64,000 nt of DNA from Octopus vulgaris (lineage: Eukaryota), in contig OX597815.1 in assembly GCA_951406725.2 (NCBI GenBank), positions 52,328,001-52,392,000 on the forward strand. Reading direction: 5' to 3'. The notes under the pieces are model-generated. The model was not told the origin of the DNA. It worked only from the letters and a program-made list of their open reading frames with translations, and searched no databases. A program made the translations under genes and the position numbers. This document shows, in pieces, positions 11,903 to 25,624 of the stretch (position 1 is the stretch's first letter; every line of letters starts with the position of its first letter).

Positions 11903-13166
11903 CACAGACATGCAGGAAGTAAATAGACACCTTTAATTTTCAAAATCTTTTATTTAATATGCAAAGTGAACAATTGAAATGTAATTGATAGGTAGGACTA
12001 CATACTTTAGTATTTAGTTGACATTCCCTTTGCAGTTTTTAATTCAGAAACTCTTTTTGGCATTGAACTAGTGAGCTTTGTGGAATTCTTCTGGAATTTC
12101 TGCCCACTTTTCATGAAAACAATCAAAACAATTCATCTTTAGATTTAGGTTTCTGTTGAGTTTTTCATCTAGCTCTATCTAGTTTGCTCCAAAGATTTTC
12201 AATTGGGTTCATGTCAGGAGATTGGCTTGGCCAAGGAAGTTTTTTTATTCCATTTTCAGTCAGCCATTGTTGATTCCTTTTTGCTGTGGACATGGAGCCC
12301 CATCTTCAATGATTAAAAATTCATTTTTCATTATGTTATCGTATGAATACATTGGAAGTAGTCCTTGCTTAAGTATTTCGATGTATTTTTCAGAGTATAT
12401 GGTTCCAACACGTTTGATCAGCTCAGAACAATCATTGCTCCCATACCATTACAGAGATACCGCCATGTTTCACAGTTGGTTGGAGTCGTTTCAAATCAAA
12501 TTCTTAATTGGGAAGCCTCCAGACCCAAACACATCTACTGTCTGAAAATAATGCAAATCTGGATTCATCTGAGAAAATCACTCTATCCCAAAAGGAACTG
12601 GATTTTTCTGACATCTCCTTAGCCCATTTCTTTCTTTTCATGTTATTAATTGGTTGAAGGAAAGGTTTTCTTCTAGCTGCTCATCCATAATACCCAAGCT
12701 TATGCAGATATGTAACACACATTCTTGAACAAATTTCTAGTTGTTTTGCAATGTCAGAAGCCTTCGAACTGGGTTAATTTTCCACAATTCTCTTCAAACA
12801 GTGAAGCTTCCTTTTTGAAGGCCTAGGTTGGCCGGGATGAGAATCTGTTGATTCTTTTCCTTGGTTTTTGAATTGCGCTATAATTCTATTAACAGTAGCA
12901 AGAGGAATTTGAAGATTTTTGGCAATTTTCCGCTGGCTAAGACCAGCCTCAGATTGCCCAGCAATATGACCTCTTTGAAAATCTGACAGTTCTGCTGAAT
13001 TTTTTTTATGTGGCATGGGTACTCTTCGCAAATGTTTAATATAATGGCACCTGGAATGAAAAATAATAATTACATTGTAAATTCTACACTGCTGAAAACA
13101 TATTAAGATGCTTAGATCAAAAATTTTGAAAGTTAAAGGTGCCTATTTACTCCCTGCATGTCTGTG
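11903..13166 (-). mobile_element. Tc1-family transposon, internally deleted, both TIRs present
   Basis: TIRs cacagacatgcagg(a/g)agtaaatag(a/g)cacctttaa at both ends with TA at 13167. N-terminal ELSDFQRGHIAG..GLSQRKIAKNL, then [28 protein letters not shown]. Confidence 0.9.
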
Positions 13167-14259
13167 TATATATGTATGTATGTATTATATTGTATGTATA
13201 AATATATTATATTATATGTATAAATATATTATGTTAATATAGTACTAGTGGGACCTGTGGAAGTTTCTCGGAATGGAAAAAAATTAAGAGGACCTATTTA
13301 AGAAGGAAAGGATGATTTGCACTTTTATAGCATTCATAAAGTTTTGAAGTTTAGCTTTCTTTAAATATTCTTGATGTTCTTCTGCATTCATTTCCTCATG
13401 TCTCCATCGATGTTGTCTTTTTCCTCTTTTTATTATTTTTCTTACTGTTTCTCTCTGATCCATGCTCTATATCTGCGCATGCTTTTGGGTAGCTTGGAAC
13501 TATGTTTCTTATGAATCCAGAGTTTAGGCTAAATTAACCCTTATGAACAAATATCAGTTTTTTTAAGCGAGCAGATGATAAATAATTGCACTTATGCACA
13601 TGCTTTAAGTGATGGTTGCTATAAAAAAACAATATTTTTCACTATCAACACACAAACACCACTACTGCTACCACCGCTATCTACCTCTCTCTCTCTCTCA
13701 ATATAACTGCCTCCCCTGTCCATCTCTATCTATCTTGCCCTTCAGCTAACTTTTTAACCACTTAATAAGTATTCCTTCCCACCCTCCATGCATGTCATCA
13801 CTTCTCCCTCTCACTTTTCTTCTTGCTGTCTTCTCTCATTCTTTGCCATTCCCTTCAGTTGACCACGTGGCCATTTGACCTAAGTGTATTAATATTAATC
13901 GCCTTTCTTTACTTCTTCCTCTCTTCTTTCTTCACTCCTCCCTCCCTCTCTCTCACTCTTTCTTTCTCACACACTCTTAATCCACCTCTCACTCACTTCA
14001 CCTACGCCTCTCTAACTGATGTATAACAGGCGAATGAACTAGCAGATTTTTTTTAGATATTATATGTGTGTGTGTTTGAATCCCATGCATACAGAAACCC
14101 TACATTTTTCCATTAAGTGCTTATATGCCCCAATATTAGAAAATTTTCCTTAGTCAACACACAATGATCCCTTATAAGAGTTAAACTTATAAAATATTAT
14201 CATTATTATTTACCAGCAATATATAAATGCGTGTATGTGTGTGTATATATATATATAAA

Positions 14260-16965
14260 AAGTGGAGTAAGTGGTGGAGTAAGAGGGCTGACGAGATACA
14301 GGTGGCGTCAGATTCCAATAACACAAAGCGGTTATATGGTCTTTTGCGAGAAGTTTATGGACCGACGTCTTCTCTGATGACACCACTTCGAAGCAGGAAT
14401 GGTAAAGAACATCTTCGTGATTCACAAGGAATTCTATGAAGGTGGCAAGAGCACTTTGAGGAACTTTTGAATCAGCAGTCTGTAGTTAGTGAGGATGTTA
14501 TCAATCTCATCCCTGGATTACCTGTGAAGGCAGCACTCGCAGAACCACCAAAGTTAGAAGAAGTTGCAAAGGCTGTCGCAAGGTTGAATAATGGGAAGTC
14601 TCCGAGTAAGGATGGCATACATGTGGAGTTGTTACAAGAAACTTCTGCAGAAACTTCACTGTTTGTTTGGTAAGATATGGACTAGGGAATCTGTACCTGA
14701 GGACTGGAGAGATACAGTAATGGTGGTCTTTTTTTAAGGGAAAGGGCAACAGGAATCATCATCATCATCATCATCATTTAGCGTCCGTTTTCCATGCTAG
14801 CATGGGTTGGACGGTTCAACTGGGGTCTGGGGAGCCCGAAGGCTGCACCAGGCCAGTCAGATCTGGCAGTGTTTCTACAGCTGGATGCCCTTCCTAACGC
14901 CAACCACTCCGAGAGTGTAGTGGGTGATTTTATGTGCCACCGACACAGGTGCCAGACGAGGCTGGCGAACGGCCACGCTCGGATGGTGTTTTTATGTGCC
15001 ACCGACACAGGTGCCAGACGAGGCTGGCAGACGGCCACGCTCGGATGGTGTTTTTATGTGCCACCGACACAGGTGCCAGATGAGGCTGGCGGACGGCCAC
15101 GATCGGATGGTGTTTGTTACGTCCCCAAAGCACGGAGGCCAGTCTATGCGGTACTGGCTACGGCCACGTTCGGATGATTTTCTTGTGTGCCACCGGCACT
15201 GGTACCACAAAGATACAAATTCCATTGATGTTCATCTATTTTGATTTGTTTTGATTTGATTTGATTTTCACTTGCCTCAACAGGTCTTCACAAGTGTCAC
15301 AAGAAGGAAGGTATGCACAGGTGGACTGACTACGTCCCAGGTAGGGGCCACGGGTTATGGCCTGACTAGTCTTGCCGGGTCTTCGGATGGTGTTTTTATG
15401 TGCCACCGACACAGGTGCCAGATGAGGCTGGCGAACGGCCATGATCGGATGTTGTTTGTTGCGTGCCCACAGCACGGAGGCCAGTCGATGCGGTACTGGC
15501 TACGGCCACGTTCGGATGGTTTTCTTGTGTGCCACCGGCACTGGTACCACAAGATACAAATTCCATTGATGTTCATCTATTTTGATTTGATTTGATTTGA
15601 TTTTCACTTGCCTCAACAGGTCTTCACAAGTGTCACAAGAAGGAAGGAAGGTATGCACAGGTGGACTGACTACGTCCCAAGTAGGGGCCATGGGTTATGG
15701 CCTGACTAGTCTTGCCGGGTCTTCGGTTGGTGTTTTTATGTGCCACCAACACAGGTGCCAGATGAGGCTGGCGGATGGCCACGATCGGATGGTGTTTGTT
15801 ATGTGCCCACATCACAGAGGCCAGTCGATGCGGTACTGGCTACGGCCACGTTCGGATGATTTTCTTGTGTACCACCGGCACTGGTACCACAAAGATACAA
15901 ATTCCATTGATGTTCATCTATTTTGATTTGTTTTGATTTGATTTGATTTTCACTTGCCTCAACAGGTCTTCACAAGTGTCACAAGAAGGAAGGTATGCAC
16001 ATGTGGACTGACTACGTCCCAGGTAGGGGCCACGGGTTATGGCCTGACTAGTCTTGCCGGGTCTTCGGATGGTGTTTTTATGTGCCACCGACACAGGTGC
16101 CAGATGAGGCTGGCGAACGGCCACGATTGTGGTAATTATAGGGGAGTATAATTGCTATCTGTCATAGGAAAGGTTTTATGCAGGGTACTTCTGGATCGTC
16201 TGCTGAAACATGTTGCAGATTGTGTTCTACCAGAAAGTCAATCTGGCTTTTGTGTGGGATGTGGCACTGCTGATATGATCTTTTCCGCTAGACAGCTTTA
16301 GGAGAAGTGTGTGGAACAGGGTCTGGATTTGTATCAGGTTTTTGTCGATCTGACAAAAGCCTTTGATACCATCAATAGAAAAGCATTGTGGAAAGTCCTC
16401 CAGAAACTTGGGTGTCCTGAAAAGTTCCTTGCTTTGGTTAGGTCTTTTCATGAAGACATGAATGGTAGGGTGAATATTAGAGGGAAAATGTCGGAGCCCA
16501 TTTCAATACAAAATGGAGTGAAACAGGGGGATATTCTGGCACCGACCCGATTTGCCATATATTTCGCGATGGTGTTCTGTATTACATTCAGAAACTGCAG
16601 ATACGGTGTTTAGATCCATTATCGAACCTCTGGCAGCATATTTAATATCAGGCACTTTGCTGCAAAAACAAAGGTATTTACCTTTATCATAAGAAACCTT
16701 TTGTATGCAGATGATTGTAATCTAGTAGCACACACAGAGATTGATATGCAACACATTTTGAATGCATTCTCTGATGCTTGCACTGCCTTAGGATTGACAG
16801 TCAATCTCAAGAAAATTGTTGTCATGTACCAACCTGCCCCCGGTAAGCAGTATAGTGTACCAAATAACTATGTGTATGGTAAACGACTTGAAGTAGCTGA
16901 TCAGTTTGTCTACCTGGGAAGCACTATTAATAAATATAGCAATTTGGATGAGATTGACCTTCAGT
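14260..16965 (+). mobile_element. Decayed RTE-BovB-like LINE ORF2 (RT), interrupted at 14757-16127
   Basis: WWSKRADEIQ, RWQEHFEELLN, NGKSPSKDGIHVELL, FKGKGNR|DCGNYRG, LPESQSGF, FVDLTKAFDTINR, GVKQGDILAP, YADD, FVYLGS. Confidence 0.9.
14757..16127 (-). mobile_element. RTE 3' UTR insertion with hierarchical tandem repeats (61-bp and ~340-bp units)
   Basis: (CAT)n tail at 14757. 61-bp units near 14930/14991/15052. ~340-bp period with ggtgtttttatgtgccacc near 15047, 15389, 15729 and 16071. Confidence 0.85.
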
Positions 16966-18270
16966 ACTTCATCTCAAGTCTTCCTGGGTCTCCCACTTCT
17001 GCGAGTTCCATCCACTATAAGTGATCACAGTACTTCTTTATGCAACTATCTGCATCCATAAACATCACATGACCCTACCAACATGTTGTACACGGCATCT
17101 AATTCCTCTTATGCCTAAATTTTCTCACAGTGCATTAAGGCTCTGGTGAACTTATTTACTGATATTGCACATGCAGTGGAGCATACTAACTTCGTTCTTC
17201 TTTACCTTCACATGTCCTCTGCATTCAGAGCCCATTTCTCACTACCATGTAAAATTGCTGTTCGTATACATACATCATAGAATTTTCCTTTGGAGAGAGA
17301 GACCTTTGGTTGCCAACAGAAGTAAAAGATTACTGCATTTTTTCCATCCTATTCTTTTTCTAGTGATTATACTTTCTGTACATCTCCTACTGCTAAGTAG
17401 ATCCTTCAGGTAGCAGAAATTAACCACTACCTCTAAAAAGCTTCTGGGGCATTTAAGAAAATACATTTTCTGAGTATCTGTAGTTTTTATTATGGTTTAC
17501 TCTTTACTCTTTTTACTCTTTTATTTGTTTCAGTTATTTGACTGCAGCCATGCTGGAGCACCTCATTTAGTCGAAGTAATTGACCCCTGGACTTATTCTT
17601 TGTAAGCCCAGTACTTATTCTATCGTTCTCTTTTGCTGAACCACTAGGTTACAGGGACATAAACACACCAGCATCGGTTGTCAAGTGATGCTGGGGGACA
17701 AACACAGACACACAAACATATACACACACATACATATATATATGTATACATAAATACAACAGGCTTCTTTCAGTTTCTGTCTACCAAATCCAATCACAAG
17801 GCTTTGGTCAGCCTGAGGCTATAGTAGAAGACACATGCCCAAGGTGACATGCAGTGGGACTGAACCCAGAACCATGTGGTTCATAAGCAAGCTACTTACC
17901 ACACAGCCATTCCTGTTTCTGTACATCTTGCACACACATTGCTCACTAGAAACTTAGTCTTTGCTAAGACCTTTTGATTTCAAGTTTAGCTTCACACCTG
18001 GAATTTCTTTTCTAGTACTGTTACAGAATCTGCAATGAAAGCAAAATCATCAGCATAGAGTAGCTCCCAGGGGCAACCAGTCTTGAATTCTTCTGTTATG
18101 GTCTAGAGGACAATGATGAATAGGAGGGGGCTGAGAATCAAACCCTGATGAACTCCTATATGTTCACTAAATTCATCACTGCACTCATAGTTAACTTTCA
18201 CCTTAAGAGCAGAGCTTCTGTACATAGCCTATACTACTTTCACAAGCCACTCGTCTAGCCTAGATTCCTC
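16965..18270 (-). mobile_element. Decayed RTE-type LINE RT region, interrupted by a SINE
   Basis: GVHQGLILSPLLFIIVL..GCPWELLYADD (18040-18160). EVVVNFCYL..RIGWKKC..KGLSL (17280-17440). Confidence 0.85.
17505..17915 (-). mobile_element. Full-length tRNA-derived SINE
   Basis: Reverse complement of the 4240-4633 family from tail to head (..ttaccacacagccattcctg). Confidence 0.85.
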
Positions 18271-19099
18271 ATTTCCATATAAATATATAGTTATATACAA
18301 GTATGTATTTAATAAACTTGTCAATGTTTAACATATGTGGCTTTATGTTATGCACTGGTTAAACATTATCAAATGTAGAACTCAATAGAAAATGCAGAGT
18401 AAGTAAATGTAAATGAAATAGAATAATTACACACACACACACACACACATACACACATATGTATGTCTGTGTATATGTTGGTGTATATTCCAATTAATAT
18501 CAAAGCATAAAGCTATAACAACAAGAATAAACAATAGCCATGATGTGACTGAAGTCGAAAACACTAAGGAAAATCTATCAATTTTTGTTTGCTGGTGGAA
18601 TATTAATTTCCTGTACCTTTGTAGATTATGATTATTCAAGAAAGTATGAAAATCAGCCAACTCACAACACAAATTTAACTCCTAATTAATTTTCTCTTAA
18701 GAAACTGAATGAAACAGATGTAAATCAATGGTAGAATGATTTCACTGCTAGGCATCAGTTTCGACCCAAAATGATATAAATAATGATTAAATATGTTAAA
18801 TATGTGTACATATGGCGGTGCCCCAGCATGGCCACAGCCCAAGAGCTGAAACTGGAAAACATAAACATAAATATGTATGTGTGTATGGATGTATGTATGT
18901 ATGTATGTATTTATGTATGTATGTATGTATGTATGTATGTATGTATGTATGTATGTATGTATGTATGTATGTATGTATGTATGTATGTATGTATGTATGT
19001 ATATATGTATACATGTACGATATATGTATGATGAATGTATATATGTAAGGGAAAATAGTTTTTGTGTGTGGAAGGTGCATGGGTACAATAAACACTAAA

Positions 19100-20110
19100 A
19101 ATGTACAGAAAATAGACTCCATCCAATGCCAGTGGGGAAAGCTAGAAGTAGTTGATAACTTCCACTATTTCAGTGACCAAATCAGTAGTGGGGGTGGATG
19201 CTCTGAGAGCATAGCTGCTAGAATATGAATAGGCTGGGCAAAGTTCAGAGAGCTCCTACTTCTGTTGGTAACAAACAACCTCTCCCTCAGAGTGAAAGGC
19301 AGACTGTATGATGCCTGTGTGTGAACAATCATGCTACTCAGCAGTAAAACATGGTCTGTGAAGCTGAAGACATGAGTAGGCTTGAAAGAAATGAAGCTAG
19401 TATGCTTTACCGGATGTGTAATGTCAGTGTGCATGTACGACAGTGTAAGCATCTTGAGAGACAAGCTGGGCATAAGAGGCATCAGATATGGTGTGCAAGA
19501 GAAACAACTGTGCTGATATGGTCATGTGATGCATATGGACGAGGACAGCTATGTAAAAAAGTGATGATCTCTAACAGTGGAGGGAACCAATGGAACAGGT
19601 AGACCCAGGAAGACATAAAAGAGGTGGTGAAGCATGATCTTTGAACATTGAGCCTCATGGAGGCAATGACATGTGACTGAGACATTTGGTGATATGCTGT
19701 GTTTAAGAAGACCCATGAAACCAAGTGAAACCATAGTCATAGACGATGCCAGTGTCACATAACAGACATCTGTGCCAGTGGCACGTAAAGAGCACCCCTC
19801 AAATGTTGGGCCTTATGGAGGTGATAAGTGACCGAGACCTTTAGTGATATGCTGTCCTTGAGAAGACTCGTCAAACCAAGTGAAAGTGTAGTTGTGGCCA
19901 ATACCAGTGTTATGTAACTTGCACCCATGCCAGTGGCACATGAAAAGCACCCATTATACTGTTGGAGCGATTGGTACTAGGAAGGGTTCCAGCCAGAGAA
20001 ACCATGCCAGATCAGATTGGAACCTGGTGCAACTCTCCAGCTCACCAACTCCAGTCAAGCTGTCTAACCCATGCCAACATGGAGAACAGACAGTAAATAA
20101 TGATGATGAT
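19100..20110 (+). mobile_element. RTE-type LINE 3' portion
   Basis: LEVVDNFHY..GGGCSESIAARI, RLERNEASMLYRMC, GRPRKT, 3' UTR and (GAT)n tail at ~20100. Confidence 0.85.
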
Positions 20111-20719
20111 GTATGCATGTATGATGTATGATGTATGTATGTATGATATATGTATGTATGCATGGTTTTTATCATACTTGTGGCTATGGTGAAAGAATGT
20201 GTGTATGGTGGACGCATCTGAAAGGCCTAGAGACAAATACTTTCCTCTCTGGTCAACCTCTCCTCAACTTCTTCAAGTATCACTTAAAAAGGAAGGTAAG
20301 AGTAAAGAGGGAAGTTTTGTCTAGCAAATGTTTCAATAAAAGATGGGTGAATGTAGCAAGGATGGCGTGTGTGAATGACGGAGCCACCATGAGCATAATC
20401 CTATGAATGAAGAAAAGAAAGGAAAAGAAGAGAGTCACTTATTGCAATGTGTCTTTGTAGGACATTAATGCCCGAGGTTACCGCGGTCTTTTCTGTAGGC
20501 TTTTCCTTCCACCGATAAACCTAATCTTTTTTTCTTTTTTGTAACATTTACAATATTATCAGTGATACATAATCCCTTTCGACTGGCTTTTTTTTCATTT
20601 TTCTCCTTTTTCTTTCTTCAAAAGAAAAGCTCTACATTGTATTTTGTCCCTCTGTGTTTGGCCGTGTGTGGTTAATAAAGAAACATATCTATATGTATGT
20701 ATGTATGTGTATATATACA

Positions 20720-20755
<36 letters not shown>

Positions 20756-20758
20756 TAT

Positions 20759-23520
20759 CAGTGATTTTCAACCAGGGTTCCGCCAGTACAGTCCAGGGGT
20801 TACGCAAGAAGTTACATAAATGCTAAACTCGACAGTAATTTTTAATTCTCCTGTGCAGATATCTATGTACATGTTAGGCCTACGTGTACATCTACGATTT
20901 GCACGCCAGTGTAGATGACCCTGACCCTTGGTGTGTATATGTAGGCCTATGACATGTACAACTACGAGTTACTCACCAGCGTAGATGACCCTGATCCTTG
21001 GTGTGTACATATACGTGCACATCTACGAGTTGCATGCCAGCTTAGATGATGGTTTAATTTTCTTTTGTAAAATACGAGTGACTATATTTGGAAGAAACAT
21101 TTTAACTGCGTAAGCCATTTAGGTGTTGTTGTTAATACGCCTTTTAAAAGATCTTTAGCTTTTTAAAAGGCGTTTTTGTAAAATCTTTTTCTTGTATGAC
21201 ATCTATTAATATTTGGTCAAATGTTACGATTAAAAAATTTGAAAGAGAGTTGAATTACATATGTAGAAAAAAAATAAGAAATAGGGAAACTGATACTAAA
21301 TTATAAGATATGTAAATATGCATAAATATTAATTCCTTACAAATTTCTGAACAATGAAAAAATAAACAACATTTTAAATTCAAATCCGAAAATCTGTTTT
21401 ATTATTATATGCATATTGTTTAAATATAATCAAATACCTATTACTAAAAAAACATTAATAAAAAAGGCTAAATTTTACATCATTAAACTCGCTACACTTT
21501 AAAGATCATTTTGTCCTGCCACTACTAGGTTTGCTTTTATATATATACAATTCTGCTTACAGCCTTACAAGTATGGATAGATTTCTGAAAAAAACGTAAG
21601 TTAGATACAGATGAAGAGACGCAGGGTCTGAGGCAGTCTGTTGAAGCTGCAGCCACTGCCAGTGATGCTGCCTCGTTGAAATTACCAAGAAATGATGGAA
21701 TTAACTTGCAACTAAAAGTTCATCAATATTGTGGAAACTACATAGCTCTGGGATTTACTTGGACTGGAAACCCAGACTGCTCTTCACCTTTGTGTACTGT
21801 TTCTGGGGAGAAGTGGGCTAATAGTGCTATGGCACCAGCCAAACTGAAACAACACTTAACGACTAACATCCAGAGTTGTCGGGCAAGAAGGAACAATATC
21901 TTAAAAGAGAATTGGCATTTAATAAAAGGCAAGTTTCTATGTTTGCCAAAAAGTTCAAGTTGAGTGACAAAGGACATAAGCAAGTTATGCTATGCTGTGG
22001 CGGAGATAGTTGCATGAAAAATGAAATCTCATACCATCGCTAAAACTGTAATTTTACCTGCATGCCAGGAAATAGTGAGGATAATGTTTGGAGAGGATGC
22101 TGCATCAGAGCTAAATAAAATTCCACTTTCTGATAACATAATAAGTAGGCGCATTCAAGAGACATTGAGTGCAATATTAAGTCAAAAATACTGAAACATA
22201 AGTTGTTTGCACTTCAAGTTGTTGAGAGTACAGACATCACTGGTAAATCACAGCTCCTTGTATTTGTTCATTTTATTAATGATGAAGCTATTGTAGAAGA
22301 CGTCCTGTGTTGCAAAGAGTTGCCAGAAACAAGAAAAGGACAAGATGTATTTGATGTTTTAAATTCATATTTAGAGTATTGTGGATTGAACTGGAAAAAC
22401 TGTGTTGGTATTTGTACAGATGGTGCCCCTGCAATGACAGGATGTCTTAAAGGCTTTGTCCTAATCGCACAAAAACAAAATCTAAATATTATCCATACTC
22501 ATTGTTTCATTCATAGAGAAGCACTAGTTGCTAAAACTCTTGGACCTGAACTAAAATCTGCATTGGATATGGTAGTGAAAATAGATAATTACTTCAAAAT
22601 GAGGCCACTTAAATGTCGACAGTTTGCAAAACTTTGTGTGGGTATGGAAGCAGACCATTTCACCTTAATCCAGCACACAGAAATATGATGGTTGTCAAGG
22701 GGAAAAGTATTGTCTTGTTTTTACGAATTAAGAGAAGAGTTATTGACCTTTTGTTTGCAAGAAAACCTGAAAGACTTTTTAGAATGTTTGAGTGATGACC
22801 ATTGGTGTTCCAAGTTAGCATATCTTGCCGATATATTTCATGAGCTCTCCTCTTGAACAATGACATGCAGGGCAGGAACGAAAATATCTTGTTTTCTACT
22901 GACAAAATAAATGCTTTTCAGAAGAAATTGACAATATGGAAGAAGCACATAGTTGCAGGAAATTTGGAAACGTTTCCAGGTGCTTTTAAAAGGAATTGTC
23001 AAGAAACTGTGCTACTGATTTTGAACCATTTACACACTTTGTTAACAAATCTTGACAAATATTTTCCATCGATATCTGTTGACCAGTATGACTGGATTAG
23101 AAACCCATTTGTGGAATTTGTGCCATTTGAAGAACAGTTCACATTAACAGAAGAAAAAGAACTTGCCAGTGATTTAAATGACAGAACATTAAAGTTGAAA
23201 CATTCTGAGCTTCACCTGAATGCATTTTGGTTGCTGGTTGAAAAGGAATATCCTGCAATAGCCCAGAAAGTGCTGCAACTTCTTGTGCAGTTTTCAACCT
23301 CCTACTTCTGTGAATTTGGATTTTCAGTCCTGACAACCATCAAGCACAAGAAGCGAGCACAATTGCTGTCTGCGGAAGATGAACTTTGTGTGTGTCTATC
23401 AGAAATACGACCCAATTGTTGTGCAAGAAACACCAGGCTCAAGTTTCTCATTGAGTTTTTGATGAGAATAAATGTAATCTATTCAAACTAAAGTTTTTTA
23501 ATACATGTTTTAATAATAAC
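20759..23520 (+). mobile_element. Buster/Charlie-type hAT transposon (ZBED5/SCAND3-like transposase), decayed, 3' TIR not seen
   Basis: 5' TIR cagtgattttcaacc. Peptides MDRFLKK, GFT..PLCTV..LANSAM-like, FALQV.ESTDI, CTDGAPAMTG, HCFIHREAL, WLSRGKVL, YLADIF, FSTSYFCEFGFS, with several stops and frameshifts. Confidence 0.9.
20876..21050 (+). repeat. Subterminal ~68-bp tandem repeat (x~2.7) in the hAT 5' region
   Basis: (g)tacatctacga.tt.ca.gccag.gtagatga recurs near 20886, 20956 and 21018. Confidence 0.75.
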
Positions 23521-23647
23521 TATGACATTGGGCTATGTGTGTGTCAAGTTTCATCAGAATCGGTTGAAAGCCATGGTCAGGGTGAAGGTACAACCTGACA
23601 GACAAACTGCCTTTTATATATATAGAGATAAATATAAATATATGTAC

Positions 23648-23880
23648 ATGTGGCTTAGTGGTTAGGGAGTTGCATTCATGATCGCGAGATCATAATTTTG
23701 ATTCCCAGACTGGGCATTGTGTTCTTAAGCAAAATACTTCATTTCACATTGTTCTGCGAATATTTCGGCATCTGACACGTGACACATTGTGCACCTGTAT
23801 AGGTAATGTCGATTTGAATGAAGAAGTGAGCACATGTGAACACAAGCATTTCATCATTACAAATGAATCAACTGCTCAAG
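23648..23880 (+). mobile_element. Second tRNA-derived SINE family (also 42155-42440)
   Basis: tgtggcttagtggttaggg A-box, gattcccagactggg, gtgttctt(a/g)agcaaa, tgcacctgt..aggtaatgtcgatttga, shared with the 42.2-kb copy. Confidence 0.6.
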
Positions 23881-25089
23881 CATTCCAATGTCTAGTTTTC
23901 CAGCAAGACAACAAAGTTTTAGCTGGAATTTTTTATTATTTAGTTATAGATGATTCAGGAAAATATTCCTCATACTTTTGAACAATTTCACAAGAATACA
24001 TAAAAAGATGAACCTTACTTGAATTTTTAGGGTTGCAGTCACAGATTTTGTATTATTTCAATTTTCTTTCAATTGTTTTCAGATTTGTAAACTAAATTTT
24101 GTATGCTATTATGAAAATGAAATTTATTTTTTTACATAAATTAATAAAAGTTAATTCTTAAAATTTGTAACATTTTACTCAATAAAAAACCACCATTATA
24201 CACATAACTGTAAATCTCACATTGGTGTCTGTTTCTATAGTAACAAGCAAAGCTGTAGTCTGCCCTGTTTTTATTGTGACAAGGACTCTATATTTGCATG
24301 ATTGTGACATGTTCCCCACTGTGACACATTTACCATTGTGACATGTTCACTACTGCAACCATCACCATAAATTTTGAGGATTGATATCATTTTGTGTCTG
24401 TGTTATTGCTGTCTATCAATTTCTGACAGACAGCTATGATGCTGAAAATGCCAGCTTCTAATTTCTGTTTCCTGACTGGATTAAGAATGATCAAACTCTG
24501 AACCTCCTTAATATTTTTCTAAATTTTCTTTAGAATAAATGAATCCTAAATTTGAATTCAGTGTGAAAAATTACATCACTATATCAAGTTTGAAAATTAT
24601 TACTTAATTTTAAAATAACCACATCTATGACAGCAACTAAAAGGATCCCCTTATTTATTTTGTGTAGCAGCTGAGGTCATGAGAGGAGGACCCCTGTGAA
24701 TTCTTGATGCAATAGTCGTGATATCACTGCATTGTTTTTCACATCTGCTATGATATTTCTAACTTTTATACAACATGTTTGCTTCATTCCAGATTCAAGT
24801 AAGACTACAATTTGTAAGCATGTAGTTGTTTCCAACTTCATCTAAAATATCATTAGAATGAGAACGTGATGTGACTAATTAATTGGTGCGTACTAATTAA
24901 CAGACAAGTCATTCTATTGGTTGTAGCGGTTGCATATTACTGGATTAGCAAGAGACCACAATTAAGCATTATGAATCATTTAAATTAAATAGTTGGTTAA
25001 TGTGACAAGATATTGTTATTATGTTAATGTAAGCCAAAAATTACAGTTAGGACTTGTCATCAAAAACTGTATGCATGTGTGTGTGTGTG

Positions 25090-25127
<38 letters not shown>

Positions 25128-25531
25128 TTTTAGTCTTTAGTCTTTTACTTGTTTCAGTCATTTGACTGCGGCCATGCTGGAGCACCGCCTTTAATCGAGC
25201 AACTCAAACCCAGGACTTATTCTTTTGTAAGCCCAGTACTTATTCAATCGGTCTCTTTTGCCGAACCGCTAAGTGATGGGGACGTAAACACACCAGCATC
25301 GGTTGTCAAGCAATGCTAAGGGGACAAACACAGACACACAAACACACACACATATATATATACATATATATGACAGGCTTATTTCAGTTTCCGTCTACCA
25401 AATCCACTCACAAGGCATTGGTCAGCCCGGGGCTATAGCAGAAGACACTTGCCCAAGATGCCACGCAGTGGGACTGAACCCGGAACCATGTGGTTGGTCA
25501 GCAAGCTACTTACCACACAGCCACTCCTGCG

Positions 25532-25533
<2 letters not shown>
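25128..25533 (-). mobile_element. Full-length young tRNA-derived SINE
   Basis: Near-consensus, CpG-retaining copy flanked by (TA)n on both sides. Confidence 0.9.

Positions 25534-25624
<91 letters not shown>

Noticed and set aside
14930-16127. CRISPR-like regularly spaced repeats
   Set aside because: The intervening sequences are themselves repeated, there are no cas genes, and the context is a eukaryotic LINE UTR.
18427-18710. 81-aa ORF with a hydrophobic stretch and a nearby AG/GT-bounded 39-nt segment
   Set aside because: The 39-nt segment has stops in all three frames, and the ORF runs into (CA)n with no recognisable homology.
21573-23491. Domesticated ZBED5/SCAND3-like host gene
   Set aside because: Multiple stops and frameshifts, altered first catalytic motif (VVESTD), and a TIR is present: a dead transposon.
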